From assembly GCA_910578395.1 (NCBI GenBank), contig CAJTPZ010000003.1, positions 25,476 through 89,475 of the forward strand: a stretch of 64,000 nt of DNA. Reading direction: 5' to 3'. Of the stretch, positions 16,650 through 26,749 are shown piece after piece (the stretch's first letter is position 1; each line of letters opens with the position of its first letter). Source of the DNA: an uncultured Muribaculaceae bacterium (lineage in GTDB: Bacteria; Bacteroidota; Bacteroidia; Bacteroidales; Muribaculaceae). The notes under the pieces are model-generated. The model did not search any database and was not told the origin of the DNA. It was given only the letters and a program-made list of their open reading frames with translations. The position numbers and the translations under genes were made by a program.

Positions 16650-17477
16650 TTACCTGAACTTCCAGGTAATGGTTCCAGTCTGGTCGGCATCATTGCCGTC
16701 TCTTACTGAAAAACGAGAGGCTTTGGATGCATCAATACATCTCTGGCGCATGGATGCATCGGCTGAGACTGGACCGCTGCCTCCGGCATAGGTAGCTGAA
16801 ATCACGCGTCCGGCAGCATTGACTTTGACCTTGATATGGATTTCGCCTGATTTTGTACTGGAGTTGGCGCCCCATGACGAAACTGTGCGTCCTGCCAGAT
16901 CGTGTCCTGCTGCTCCTGAAGTTGCTCCACCTGAATCACCTCCGACGGGTGAACCTGATGTCGGTGCCGCTTTTCCGGCTGCCTGACCGAAATTCATCTG
17001 TTTTTTGATGCGTTGGCGAGCTTCTTTTTCCCGTTTGGCTTTTTCTGCCGCGGCTATTTCTTCAGCTGTTGGTCCGGCTTTCTCGGGACGTGGCTGTTCC
17101 TTGACTTTCAATGGGCTTTCCTGTTGGGCTGCCACTACAGGCATAGGCTCTCCAACGGTTCCTTCGTTGGTAAGGTCAACAGCTTCTGTGGCATCGGTGG
17201 CCTTGGGCATTTCCGATGGCATAGGTTCGTCGGCTGTAGGACGAGTGACAGGTGCCGAATTGGCCACATTTCCAAGCTGGACGAATTCTCCGCCGAAAAG
17301 GATCTCCTCCTTTTCTTTCAGTTCCATGGGATCCACGTCGGCTGGAGGCCATGAAAGAAATATAAACAGGCACAGAAGTAACGCACCGGCATGAATGACG
17401 ACGGTGAGGACAAGTGATATGATCTTGTCGGAAGGGCGGCTGTCGCCTGCTTCAGGGATTTTGAAGCTCGAGGACAT
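16650..17477 (-). CDS. tonB: Energy transducer TonB family protein
   Basis: N-terminal TM helix, a Pro/Glu/Lys-rich linker and a C-terminal TonB domain (GEIHIKVKVNAAGRVISA...GTITWKF). The start could be 17477 or 17519; both overlap the exbD 3' end. Confidence 0.8.
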   Translation of the reverse strand: MSSSFKIPEAGDSRPSDKIISLVLTVVIHAGALLLCLFIFLSWPPADVDPMELKEKEEILFGGEFVQLGNVANSAPVTRPTADEPMPSEMPKATDATEAVDLTNEGTVGEPMPVVAAQQESPLKVKEQPRPEKAGPTAEEIAAAEKAKREKEARQRIKKQMNFGQAAGKAAPTSGSPVGGDSGGATSGAAGHDLAGRTVSSWGANSSTKSGEIHIKVKVNAAGRVISATYAGGSGPVSADASMRQRCIDASKASRFSVRDGNDADQTGTITWKFR

Positions 17478-17907
17478 CGGCAGAGGTTTTGGCGGTTGTT
17501 GAAACGGGCTTTGTGGCAAGCACCATTTTCAGACCGGTAGCGGCTCCGATATTCAGTGCTTCCACAATTTTACCGTAAGGAGTTTCCTCGTCAGCGTAAA
17601 GAGCTACATAGTTTTCAGCATCCTCTTGTGCTACAAGACTCAGGAACTGAGTGAGCTCTTCCGGTGTCATAGGGCGTGGTTCGGCCGACTCGCCATAGGC
17701 CGCGTGGTAGATTTGCTCGCGGTCAATGTATACTCTTGTACCCGGCTTTATCGCAGTCGATTGGGAGCTTTGCGGGAGGTTTACTTCAAGACCGTTGGGA
17801 AATACAAACGAACTCGTGGCCATGAAGAAAATAAGTAGAAGAAATATTACGTCAGTCATAGAGGCCATTGAAAATGTGGCCGTGACGCGGTGGTGCCTTT
17901 TAAGCAT
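17452..17907 (-). CDS. exbD: Biopolymer transporter ExbD
   Basis: 151 aa. MASMTDVIFLLLIFFM TM segment plus an ExbD/TolR periplasmic domain. Sits between exbB and tonB. Confidence 0.85.
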   Translation of the reverse strand: MLKRHHRVTATFSMASMTDVIFLLLIFFMATSSFVFPNGLEVNLPQSSQSTAIKPGTRVYIDREQIYHAAYGESAEPRPMTPEELTQFLSLVAQEDAENYVALYADEETPYGKIVEALNIGAATGLKMVLATKPVSTTAKTSADVLELQNP

Positions 17908-17928
17908 TTTGTGGTGGAGGAGAAAGGA

Positions 17929-18663
17929 TTAGACTGCGGGTTCGTTGAGAATATCCATAAACTCAGTGGTGCGCTCCTCGAGTTTGTTGGTAACACTGTC
18001 GATGCGGGCAGTGAGATAGTTGTAGGCAAACATAGCTATGATGCCGACAACAAGTCCTGCGACAGTGGTTACCAGAGCGGTGTAGATGCCGGCTGAGAAA
18101 GTTGAGATATCGGCCGACGAGCCTTGACTTGCAATGTCAAAGAATGCTTTTACCATACCCATGACAGTGCCGAGGAATCCAAGCATCGGTGCTCCGGCAG
18201 CAGTCGTGGCCAGCCATGTGAGTCCTTGTCCGAGAGCTGCTACTTCCTGGTTGCCGGTATTTTCTATTGCGGCCTGAACGTCATGGATAGGACGTCCGAT
18301 GCGCGAAATGCCTTTGCCTACGAGACGGGCATAGGGTGTTGATGTCTTTTTGCAAAGGTTGAGGGCGCTTTCAATTTCGCCTTCATGTATATAATCCTTG
18401 ATGCGCTGCATGAATGACGAGTCTTCGCGTGAAGCTCTGGTTATGACAATAAGGCGCTCTATGAAAATATAGATGCATATTACCGAAAGGATTGCGAGCG
18501 GTATCATGAGCACACCTCCTTTAAGGCAGAGATCCCAGAGTGACAGTTCTACCATTTCCACTTCCGGGGTCTGTGAAAGCATTGTTTGGCCGATAATAGT
18601 TGTGGCCGAGTCGGAGGAGAGGGTTGCGAAATCCGCTGTAGCGGTAAGAGATTCCTGAAGCAT
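17929..18663 (-). CDS. exbB: MotA/TolQ/ExbB proton channel family protein
   Basis: 244 aa with three TM helices and the conserved LGFLGTVMGMVKAF segment. Confidence 0.85.
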   Translation of the reverse strand: MLQESLTATADFATLSSDSATTIIGQTMLSQTPEVEMVELSLWDLCLKGGVLMIPLAILSVICIYIFIERLIVITRASREDSSFMQRIKDYIHEGEIESALNLCKKTSTPYARLVGKGISRIGRPIHDVQAAIENTGNQEVAALGQGLTWLATTAAGAPMLGFLGTVMGMVKAFFDIASQGSSADISTFSAGIYTALVTTVAGLVVGIIAMFAYNYLTARIDSVTNKLEERTTEFMDILNEPAV

Positions 18664-18699
18664 TGGGTGATTATGTGATTAATGGAGAGGGTTGACAAG

Positions 18700-19413
18700 T
18701 TATTTTAAGCAATCGAGGTAAGCTTTTATTGTTGGTTGAAGCCCGAGGTAAATAGCGTCGCAAATGAGTGCATGGCCTATCGATACCTCATCGAGCCAAG
18801 GGATGTTGTCGTGAAAGTATTTGAGGTTTCTCAGACTTAGGTCGTGGCCGGCATTCAGGCCGAGACCGACGTCACGGGCCGCTCTTGCCGCTTCTATGTA
18901 TGGCGCTATCGCTGAAACAGGATCTTGCGGATATTTGTCGGCGTAGCTCTTTGTGTAAAGCTCCACGCGGTCAGCACCGACAGACGCGGCCGCGCGTATT
19001 TGAGAGACATCCGGATCGACAAAAATTGAAACTCTTATGCCGGCATCCTTGAACTGTTTAACTATATCGGTAAGAAATTCGCGGTTTGCTTCTACATTCC
19101 ATCCTGAATTTGAGGTGATTGTGTCGGGAGCATCGGGAACAAGAGTGACCTGTGCGGGCTTTACGCTTCTGACGAGCGAGATAAAGTCAGGAGCTGGATA
19201 TCCCTCAATGTTGAATTCGGTAGAAATGGCCGGTGCAAGCTCTCGCACATCGGCACGCCTGATATGGCGTTCGTCGGGACGAGGGTGCACGGTTATTCCT
19301 TCCGCTCCGAAAGACTCTATGTCAAGAGCCGTAGCAAGCACATTTGGATTGTCTTCGCCACGGGCGTTTCGTAGAGTTGCTATTTTGTTGATATTGACAC
19401 TAAGTCGGGTCAT
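18700..19413 (-). CDS. pdxJ: Pyridoxine 5'-phosphate synthase
   Basis: [16 protein letters not shown]...[13 protein letters not shown] is a full-length match to the PdxJ pattern. Confidence 0.95.
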   Translation of the reverse strand: MTRLSVNINKIATLRNARGEDNPNVLATALDIESFGAEGITVHPRPDERHIRRADVRELAPAISTEFNIEGYPAPDFISLVRSVKPAQVTLVPDAPDTITSNSGWNVEANREFLTDIVKQFKDAGIRVSIFVDPDVSQIRAAASVGADRVELYTKSYADKYPQDPVSAIAPYIEAARAARDVGLGLNAGHDLSLRNLKYFHDNIPWLDEVSIGHALICDAIYLGLQPTIKAYLDCLK

Positions 19414-19587
19414 CGTTAACGTTCGTTCCTCTTTTATTGTTGAACCTTATGCAAATTAATGTGAAACATTAGGCAACGATCAGGCAATAACATGATGATG
19501 TTAAAAAAAATGCTTATCTTTGCCTATGTCATCGGAAGACAAAGTTAACGACAATTAGCCAAACGGCGAAATTATTAGGATAAGAAT

Positions 19588-19971
19588 TTGACCGTCCGTT
19601 CAGAAAAGAAAACAGCGAAATATCCGGCGGTGTGTGATAAAGGAAGTCTTGGACGTCTGTTCCCTTATACCCCCGACAGTTCTTCGCTGACAGTGGAGTG
19701 TCCGGCTTCGGACTATAGCGCATCGTCGATTGCAAGAGCTGTCGAGGATTGCAATGCGCATCTGCTGAATCTCAATGTAACATCAGCGGAGTCGGCAGTG
19801 CCCGGCAATATAGTGGTTGATCTGCGTGTCAATCACCGGAATGCCGAAGCTGTGAGCCGTTCGCTCGAACGTTATGGCTTCATGGTGACATCAAAAGACA
19901 GTCCGCTTACTCCATTAGAGGAAAAAGCCCGCGGAAATGCGCTTGAGCTGCTTCACTATCTGGAAATGTGA
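19588..19971 (+). CDS. Hypothetical small protein (ACT-like?); start codon uncertain, no ATG available
   Basis: 127-codon ORF bounded upstream by TAG at 19576. Only TTG (19588) or GTG (19630, about 19690) starts are available. The conserved-looking core YSASSIARAVEDCNAHLLNLNVT...VVDLRVNHRN is compositionally protein-like. A candidate -7 box TATCTTTG lies at 19515-19522. Confidence 0.4.
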   Translation: MTVRSEKKTAKYPAVCDKGSLGRLFPYTPDSSSLTVECPASDYSASSIARAVEDCNAHLLNLNVTSAESAVPGNIVVDLRVNHRNAEAVSRSLERYGFMVTSKDSPLTPLEEKARGNALELLHYLEM

Positions 19972-20015
19972 ACCGAAGTAAAACAACAACATCATCACAA
20001 CACTTAGATAACAAG

Positions 20016-20495
20016 ATGTCGACACATATCCCACAGGCACCGCTTCCAAAAGTGGAAAACATGCGGGTTGCCATTGTAAAAGCCATGTGGAACGGTCATA
20101 TAACCGATTGTCTTACAGAGAGCGCCTTAAAAGTGTTCAGGCAGCAGAACTTTCCGGAACGCGACGTCGTGGTGTTTGAAGTGCCGGGAGCGGTAGAGCT
20201 TACTTATGCGGCATCGCAGCTGATTGAAACCGGTCTGTTCGATGCTGTTATTGTGTTCGGTTGTGTTATCAAGGGTGACACACCTCATTTTGATTACGTC
20301 TGTCAGAGTGTCACACAGGGAATCGCGATGCTTAACAGCGATTGCGACATACCGGTTATTTTCGGAGTGCTGACTGTCAATGAGGAGAAGCAGGCTCTTG
20401 ACCGTTGTGGCGGAATCTGTGGAGACAAGGGGGCCGAAGCTGCGGAGACAGCCATAAGGATGCACGACTTCACTGTGAAAGTGAGAGACCTGTGA
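20016..20495 (+). CDS. ribH: 6,7-dimethyl-8-ribityllumazine synthase
   Basis: RVAIVKAMWNGHIT...VPGAVELTYAA...VIVFGCVIKGDTPHFDYV. The ATG at 20016 is preferred over the longer GTG-started ORF. Confidence 0.9.
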   Translation: MSTHIPQAPLPKVENMRVAIVKAMWNGHITDCLTESALKVFRQQNFPERDVVVFEVPGAVELTYAASQLIETGLFDAVIVFGCVIKGDTPHFDYVCQSVTQGIAMLNSDCDIPVIFGVLTVNEEKQALDRCGGICGDKGAEAAETAIRMHDFTVKVRDL

Positions 20496-20528
20496 TCAGT
20501 AGATAGTAAATTCATTGTAATGTAAAGT

Positions 20529-21893
20529 ATGAATATATCACGAGTTGCATTTGCTGTGGCGCTTGCAGTGACTGCGCCGACAATTTTTGCGCAAAACAAT
20601 ATAGCCGAGGAAGTCGCATGGATGGTAGGAGACCAGCCTATATATAAAAGCGAGATAGAAGAGGCCTATCAGCAGGCGCTTTACGAGCATTCGCAGCTTA
20701 ATGGCGATCCTTATTGTATCATACCCGAAAATCTTGCTATTGACAAGCTATATCTGCATCAGGCTGACATAGACACTATTGAAGTAACTCCGTCGCAGGT
20801 CGCCGCAGCCGTAGAGCAGCGACTCAACTATTTCATAACCAATCTTGGAACAAAAGAAAAAGTTGAGGAGTATTTCAGGAAAAGTATCCCGGAATTTCGG
20901 GACCAGATGACTGAAGTGATGCGTAACCAATACCGCATTCAGGATGTACAGCGCAATCTCACCAAGGATGTGAAGGTGACCCCGTCGGATGTCAGAAAAT
21001 ATTTCAATACACTTCCAGAGGATTCGATACCGTTTGTGCCTCTAAAGGTAGAGGTACAGATACTCACACTCAATCCGGCGATTCCGCGTGAAGAGATTGA
21101 AAACGTAAAAGCTCGTCTTAGGGATTACACCGACCGTGTGAACAAAGGAGAATCAGACTTCTCCACTCTTGCAATTCTTTACAGCGAGGATCCCGGTTCT
21201 CAGCCACGTGGCGGCGAACTTGGTTTTTATGGCCGAGGTCATCTTGAACCCGAGTATGCGGCTGCGGCATTCAACTTGTCGGATCCTAAAAAAGTTTCCA
21301 AAATAGTTGAGACGCAGTATGGATTTCATATCATTCAGCTGATTGAGAAACGTGGTGACCGAGTTAATACACGTCATATCCTCCTTCGTCCACACGTAAA
21401 TGAGGAGGATCTTACAAAATCCATTGCCCGTCTGGATTCTGTAAGAGGAGAGATAATGGATGGCAAATTCACATTTGAGGAAATCGCTCCATATATATCG
21501 CAAGACAAGGATTCCCGAAACAACAAGGGTATCATGGTGAATACTGAAGACGGTGCCGGCACAACATTGTGGGAGATGCAGCAGTTGCCTCAGGAGATTT
21601 CGAAAGTTGTAGGCGGAATGCAGCCTGGAGATATATCTGAGCCGTTTGTGATGATAGATCCCAAGCGTAACCGTGAGATGGTGGCAATGGTGAAACTCAC
21701 TTCGCGTCTCGAAGGACACAAAGCAAATCTTTCGGATGATTACCAGCTTGTCAAAGGCATGTATGAGAACTCACAGAGAGGGGAAATACTGAAAAAGTGG
21801 CTTGCAAAAAAAATAAGCGAGACTTATATAAAAATTGAAGACAACTGGGCAGACTGCACTTTTCAGCATGAAGGCTGGATAAAGAAACAGTAA
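20529..21893 (+). CDS. Peptidylprolyl isomerase, SurA-like periplasmic chaperone (parvulin domain)
   Basis: Signal peptide, a SurA N-terminal-like region and a PpiC parvulin core (GGELGFYGRGHLEPEYAAAAF...ETQYGFHIIQL). Confidence 0.85.
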   Translation: MNISRVAFAVALAVTAPTIFAQNNIAEEVAWMVGDQPIYKSEIEEAYQQALYEHSQLNGDPYCIIPENLAIDKLYLHQADIDTIEVTPSQVAAAVEQRLNYFITNLGTKEKVEEYFRKSIPEFRDQMTEVMRNQYRIQDVQRNLTKDVKVTPSDVRKYFNTLPEDSIPFVPLKVEVQILTLNPAIPREEIENVKARLRDYTDRVNKGESDFSTLAILYSEDPGSQPRGGELGFYGRGHLEPEYAAAAFNLSDPKKVSKIVETQYGFHIIQLIEKRGDRVNTRHILLRPHVNEEDLTKSIARLDSVRGEIMDGKFTFEEIAPYISQDKDSRNNKGIMVNTEDGAGTTLWEMQQLPQEISKVVGGMQPGDISEPFVMIDPKRNREMVAMVKLTSRLEGHKANLSDDYQLVKGMYENSQRGEILKKWLAKKISETYIKIEDNWADCTFQHEGWIKKQ

Positions 21894-21923
21894 GGCACTA
21901 TATTAGTTCGGCCCTGACAAGCT

Positions 21924-23774
21924 ATGAGGAAATTGCTTTTTGTCATTTTGGCTATTGCAGGAATGACAGAAATGTTTTTGCGGGCATCGGGAGCACCTGT
22001 TGATCCCCAGGTGCCTAAAGCTGACCGATATGCGGGCGACCGCGTGTTTCTTGAACGCGCGTCGCGGTTATATGCACGTCAGGGAGAGGACTTCCAGATA
22101 CTTGTCGGCGATGTGGAATTCCGCAAAGCCGACATGTTTATGTATTGTGACAGTGCGCATTTCTATACTGATAATTCGTTGAAGGCTTACGGATCAATCA
22201 GGATGGAGCAGGGCGATACGCTTTTTGTGTTTGCTGATTCTCTTTATTACAACGACAGTCTTGAACTCGCCACACTCTATTCATGGGAGGGCAAGATGGT
22301 TGAGCTTATAAACCGCGATGTGAAGCTTGAGACCGAAGAGTTTTTCTATGATCTGGGCATTGATCTCGGTTATTATCGCTCAGGAGGAATCCTGACAGAC
22401 ACGACCAACCGCCTTATATCGCAGGAAGGCGAATACAGTCCAACTACTAAGGAGGCCAATTTCTATATTGATGTCAGGCTGAACTCACGTGATAAATCAG
22501 GCGACACGTTGCAGATACTTACCGATACGCTGTTATATAATACGGCCACGCATGTTGCCGAACTGACATGTTTCAGTGAAATCGTCAATTCAGATGGAGT
22601 ATTGCTGACGACCGAAGGCCGATACAATACAGAAAGCGGGTTCGGTGAGTTGTTCAGCCGCTCGAAGGCGGTGATGAACAGAGGTACCACACTTATCGGT
22701 GATACTCTCATCTATGACCGAGAGCTTGGTTATGGCGAAGCTTTCGGCAATATGGAGCTTGAGGATACAGCTAAAAAGTCGATACTGACGGGGGATTATG
22801 GATTTTATGACCAGTTGCGTGACAGTGCGTTTGTCACCGGTAGGGCATTGGCAATGGAATACTCGTCGGGGGATACTCTTTATCTGCATGGCGATACTAT
22901 CAGGGCATTCAAGGTTTTTCTTGATGAGATACAAATTAATGATTCTACATTTGTAGTCGCCGACACAACAAACCATATAGTTGCATATCCACGCGTGAGG
23001 TTTTACAGGACAGACATGCAAGGTTTGTGCGATTCGATGACTTTTGTAAGTCTTGACTCCACTCTTTATCTAAACCATCATCCTATTGTCTGGTCGGAAA
23101 ACAGGCAGATTGTCGGAAACGAGATATATGTTCATTTCAATGACTCGACAGTAGATTCCGCTACACTGCCCAATCAGGCACTCGTTGCGGAAGAAATAGA
23201 GGAAGGGTTTTATAATCAACTGAAAGGTAGAGAAATGATCGCATATTTTGATAATGGTGTCATGAGGCATCTTGATGTGATCGGTAATGTTCAGGCCGTT
23301 TCTTTTCCTATGGAAAATGACTCTACTTACAATAAGGTGGTTACTATGGAAAGTAGCACTCTTTCAGCTGATTTTCATAACAATGCGTTGGAACGCATGA
23401 AGATATGGCCTAATGTGAAATCGGTTGTAACTCCACTTTATCTTGCCAAAAGTTCAATATTCCGTCTGCCTGAATTTAAATGGTATGAGATTCTGCGTCC
23501 GACAGATCCTGATGATGTGTTCAATGTGTCGCAGATGATGATTGATTATCTGAATCAAAAAGAGGATGAGTCAATCAGGGGTAAGGAGCCGGAAAAAAGA
23601 ACGACTAAAATAGAGATTCCGCGTGGACGTAAAATTGAAATTCGTCCGGTCGAGATAGGTTCAGGCAGTCAGGCTGTCGACAGTATTATGCCTCCTGTTC
23701 TGATTGATGACAATGTTGCATCGGATGACACATTGCCTGAGGCGATTGACAAAGCCGATGCGGAAACACTTTAA
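21924..23774 (+). CDS. OstA-like (LptD N-terminal-like) domain protein
   Basis: 616 aa with a signal peptide and repeated beta-jellyroll-like OstA segments (GDVEFRKADMFMYCDSAHFY...). Sits downstream of surA-like, as in many Bacteroidota. Confidence 0.55.
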   Translation: MRKLLFVILAIAGMTEMFLRASGAPVDPQVPKADRYAGDRVFLERASRLYARQGEDFQILVGDVEFRKADMFMYCDSAHFYTDNSLKAYGSIRMEQGDTLFVFADSLYYNDSLELATLYSWEGKMVELINRDVKLETEEFFYDLGIDLGYYRSGGILTDTTNRLISQEGEYSPTTKEANFYIDVRLNSRDKSGDTLQILTDTLLYNTATHVAELTCFSEIVNSDGVLLTTEGRYNTESGFGELFSRSKAVMNRGTTLIGDTLIYDRELGYGEAFGNMELEDTAKKSILTGDYGFYDQLRDSAFVTGRALAMEYSSGDTLYLHGDTIRAFKVFLDEIQINDSTFVVADTTNHIVAYPRVRFYRTDMQGLCDSMTFVSLDSTLYLNHHPIVWSENRQIVGNEIYVHFNDSTVDSATLPNQALVAEEIEEGFYNQLKGREMIAYFDNGVMRHLDVIGNVQAVSFPMENDSTYNKVVTMESSTLSADFHNNALERMKIWPNVKSVVTPLYLAKSSIFRLPEFKWYEILRPTDPDDVFNVSQMMIDYLNQKEDESIRGKEPEKRTTKIEIPRGRKIEIRPVEIGSGSQAVDSIMPPVLIDDNVASDDTLPEAIDKADAETL

Positions 23775-23790
23775 AACACTTGAGAATACC

Positions 23791-25083
23791 ATGGATTACG
23801 TAAACGACCTTATTGATTTTCTGAATGAGAGTCCATGCAACTTTTTTGCGGTGGAGGCTATTTCACGAAGATTGGAAACTGCCGGATTCAAGCGTTTGGA
23901 TACACGCGATGAATGGGATCTGAAGCCCGGCGACCGCAGATATATTGTAAAGAATTCTTCTGCTGTTTTCGCGTTTGTCGTGGGAGCCGGTGATGCAGCT
24001 TCAGGCTGGCGCATCATATCGGCCCACAGTGATTCTCCCGGTTTCAGGGTAAAGCCAAATCCTGAGATTTTGTGTGATGGAGGGGTGCTGAAACTAAACA
24101 CAGAGGTCTACGGCGGTCCGATACTTTACACTTGGTTCGATCGTCCGCTTTCGCTTGCTGGGCGTGTGATTCTGCGCGGTAATGACGTATTACACCCGGA
24201 AACAAGGCTTGTGAAATGGGATGAGTCTATTCTCACCATACCGCATCTCGCCATACATTACAATCGTGGGGTGAATGATGGAAATCCTCTGTCGAAACAG
24301 AAGGACATGCTGCCGGTGCTCGGCAAGCTTGGAAAAGGGGAATGCAAGGAAGGGTATGTGCCCCGCATGTTAGCCAATAAACTCGGTGTGGATGAAAAGG
24401 ATATTCTTGATTATGATCTGATGCTCTATGATACGACTCCGGCATCGTTGGTGGGGCGGAACGGAGAGTTTATCACATCGGGACGTATCGACGATCTGAT
24501 GATGGCCCATGCCGCATTGTCGGCTATGATTGCCACGGCAGGAGAGGATTGCGATCAGACGCGTGTTATGGCTGTATTTGACAATGAGGAGACCGGAAGT
24601 GGAACCAAACAAGGAGCCGCATCACCAGTTCTTCATAATTTGCTCCGACGCATCGGCGTGTCGATCGGAGGGGATGACAGTTCATTTATAAGAGCAATCG
24701 ACAATTCATTTATGATATCGGCCGATAATGCTCATGCCACACATCCCAACTATGTGGAAAAGCAGGATCCTACAAATCATCCGGTTGTGGGAGGTGGACC
24801 GGTGATCAAAGTAAATGCCAATTGTAAATACATGACTGATGCCGATTCGGCAGCTGTATTCCGTACTATATGCGAGCAAGCTGGTGTGCCGGTGCAATAT
24901 TTCGTAAACCACAGCGACGTCGCCGGAGGCTCTACGCTCGGCAATATTCTCACCTCGCAACTTGATCTCAGAGGGGTGGATATGGGGGCTCCGCAATGGG
25001 CTATGCACTCATGCCGCGAGACGGCCAGTACAGCCGATGTTAACTACACTATAGCCGCTTTCAGCAGGTTCTTCAGCCTCTGA
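23791..25083 (+). CDS. M18 family aminopeptidase
   Basis: SAHSDSPGFRVKP, VFDNEETGSGTKQGA and GADMG-type motifs (GVDMGAPQWAMHS). The ATG at 23791 (MDYVNDLIDFL) is preferred; the longer ORF overlaps the upstream gene. Confidence 0.85.
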   Translation: MDYVNDLIDFLNESPCNFFAVEAISRRLETAGFKRLDTRDEWDLKPGDRRYIVKNSSAVFAFVVGAGDAASGWRIISAHSDSPGFRVKPNPEILCDGGVLKLNTEVYGGPILYTWFDRPLSLAGRVILRGNDVLHPETRLVKWDESILTIPHLAIHYNRGVNDGNPLSKQKDMLPVLGKLGKGECKEGYVPRMLANKLGVDEKDILDYDLMLYDTTPASLVGRNGEFITSGRIDDLMMAHAALSAMIATAGEDCDQTRVMAVFDNEETGSGTKQGAASPVLHNLLRRIGVSIGGDDSSFIRAIDNSFMISADNAHATHPNYVEKQDPTNHPVVGGGPVIKVNANCKYMTDADSAAVFRTICEQAGVPVQYFVNHSDVAGGSTLGNILTSQLDLRGVDMGAPQWAMHSCRETASTADVNYTIAAFSRFFSL

Positions 25084-25099
25084 TATAAATTGAAATAGA

Positions 25100-25137
25100 A
25101 AAAGAGCGATTAACCTTAATAGGGAATCGCTCTTTTT
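25100..25137. terminator. Bidirectional hairpin terminator between the convergent aminopeptidase and nhaA genes
   Basis: AAAAGAGCGATT (25100-25111) pairs with AATCGCTCTTTT (25125-25136). An A-tract upstream and a T-tract downstream would serve both strands. Confidence 0.65.
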
Positions 25138-25152
25138 TCACGTAATATAATA

Positions 25153-26592
25153 TCAGGATTCCTGTTCTTCGGGGTTGTTTGCATCGGCAGGAAGAGTGCG
25201 GTGGAGGAGTATCCAGCCTATAAGTCCGGCGAGTAGCGATCCGATGACAATACCGAGTTTGGCGTGGCTGAGCATTGATGTAATTTCCGGAGTGTTGCCT
25301 CCAAACGACAAATTGGCTATGAATAAAGATACTGTGAATCCGATACCGCCAAGCATGGCGATTGAAAACATCATCTTCCAGTTGGTGCCTTCGGGCATCG
25401 GAGCGAGCTTTAACTTTACTGTGAGCCATGAGAAAATGAAAATTCCAAATAGCTTGCCGATAACAAGCGCTATGATTATAGCTATGCTTATGCCTTCAAA
25501 TATAGAGGATGCGGGGGTGTTGAGAAGAAATATGCCGGCATTGGCAAATGCAAATAGTGGCAGAATTATATAATTGACTGTGGAGTGAAGTGAATCCTCT
25601 AATTCCTGCAGGGGAGAAATCACTTTATCGGATGCCGACTCGATCTGTTTCAGCCAGTTCATCTGATCTTTACTAAGGATGCTGCGGCGGTTCAGAAGTT
25701 TGTCATCTTCGGCATTGAATCTGCGTATATTGGCGCGTATTGTCTTTATATAATTGTTGGGTGCAAATACCGGTTTTGCAGGTACACAGAATGCGACAAG
25801 AACACCTGCTATTGTCGGGTGGATGCCAGAGTTGAGAAACAGGAACCAGACCACTGCACCGATGCCAAGATAGAACCAGTTGTTTTGAATGCGCAGGACT
25901 GATCCAAGCAGAAGCACGCCGAGCAGAAGAAAAGCGACTAAAAGCAGCATACCTTCGATATGGGTCGAATAAAAAAGAGCGATTACTATAATGCCTCCGA
26001 TATCATCGACTACAGCGAGGGTAGTGAGAAATATTTTTAGCGAAAGCGGAACACGTTTGCCAAGCATGGACAACACGCCGAGAGAGAATGCTATATCAGT
26101 GGCCATCGGTATGGCAGCTCCTCCTGAATATGGTGTGCCATGGGCAAATATCAGGTATATCATCACAGGCATGACCATTCCTCCTATGGCAGCAATGATC
26201 GGAAGTAAGGCCTGCTTGAATGATGAGAGTTCACCCACGAGAATTTCCCGCTTTATTTCAAGACCTATGGAGAAAAAGAATATCGCCATGAGGGCATCAT
26301 TGATGAAGTCGAGCATCGACATTGGGTGTCCCGAATGGCTGAATAAATTAAAATGTCCGATCTGTAGAGCTATCTTCTGTTCCCAGAAATTGAAGTAGTA
26401 TTGGTTTATACCTGGTATGTTGGCTATGATCAAAGCAAGTACTGTTACGGCAATGAGTACGTTTCCTCCTGATGCATGACGTTTCAATGACAGACGTGCG
26501 GTGTAGAACACGTTGCGGTGTTTTTGCTCTCCGGAGGGCTCTGGCTGCGACTGGTTGTTGACGGGAAAGGTTGAATACGTGGTGTTTTTCAT
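25153..26592 (-). CDS. nhaA: Na+/H+ antiporter NhaA
   Basis: 479 aa, polytopic. Conserved FFFSIGLEIKRE and ATDIAFSLGVL segments. Confidence 0.9.
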   Translation of the reverse strand: MKNTTYSTFPVNNQSQPEPSGEQKHRNVFYTARLSLKRHASGGNVLIAVTVLALIIANIPGINQYYFNFWEQKIALQIGHFNLFSHSGHPMSMLDFINDALMAIFFFSIGLEIKREILVGELSSFKQALLPIIAAIGGMVMPVMIYLIFAHGTPYSGGAAIPMATDIAFSLGVLSMLGKRVPLSLKIFLTTLAVVDDIGGIIVIALFYSTHIEGMLLLVAFLLLGVLLLGSVLRIQNNWFYLGIGAVVWFLFLNSGIHPTIAGVLVAFCVPAKPVFAPNNYIKTIRANIRRFNAEDDKLLNRRSILSKDQMNWLKQIESASDKVISPLQELEDSLHSTVNYIILPLFAFANAGIFLLNTPASSIFEGISIAIIIALVIGKLFGIFIFSWLTVKLKLAPMPEGTNWKMMFSIAMLGGIGFTVSLFIANLSFGGNTPEITSMLSHAKLGIVIGSLLAGLIGWILLHRTLPADANNPEEQES

Positions 26593-26749
26593 GCTTTTAA
26601 AATGAAATATGCTATTTGGAAGCTACATGTATAACAATTTTATCATGTAATTTGCTTATGGTCATGGATTAGGTGGTTTTTGAAAACAGATTCAAGGAGA
26701 TTTTCAAATTCACGGATTTGGAATTATTTTAGTGGCTAAAATTGGTTTA

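Noticed and set aside
19526-19558. 10-codon ORF MSSEDKVNDN right after a -7-like box.
   Set aside because: It is probably a chance ORF in a leader. I mention it only as context for the start-codon problem of the 19588 ORF.
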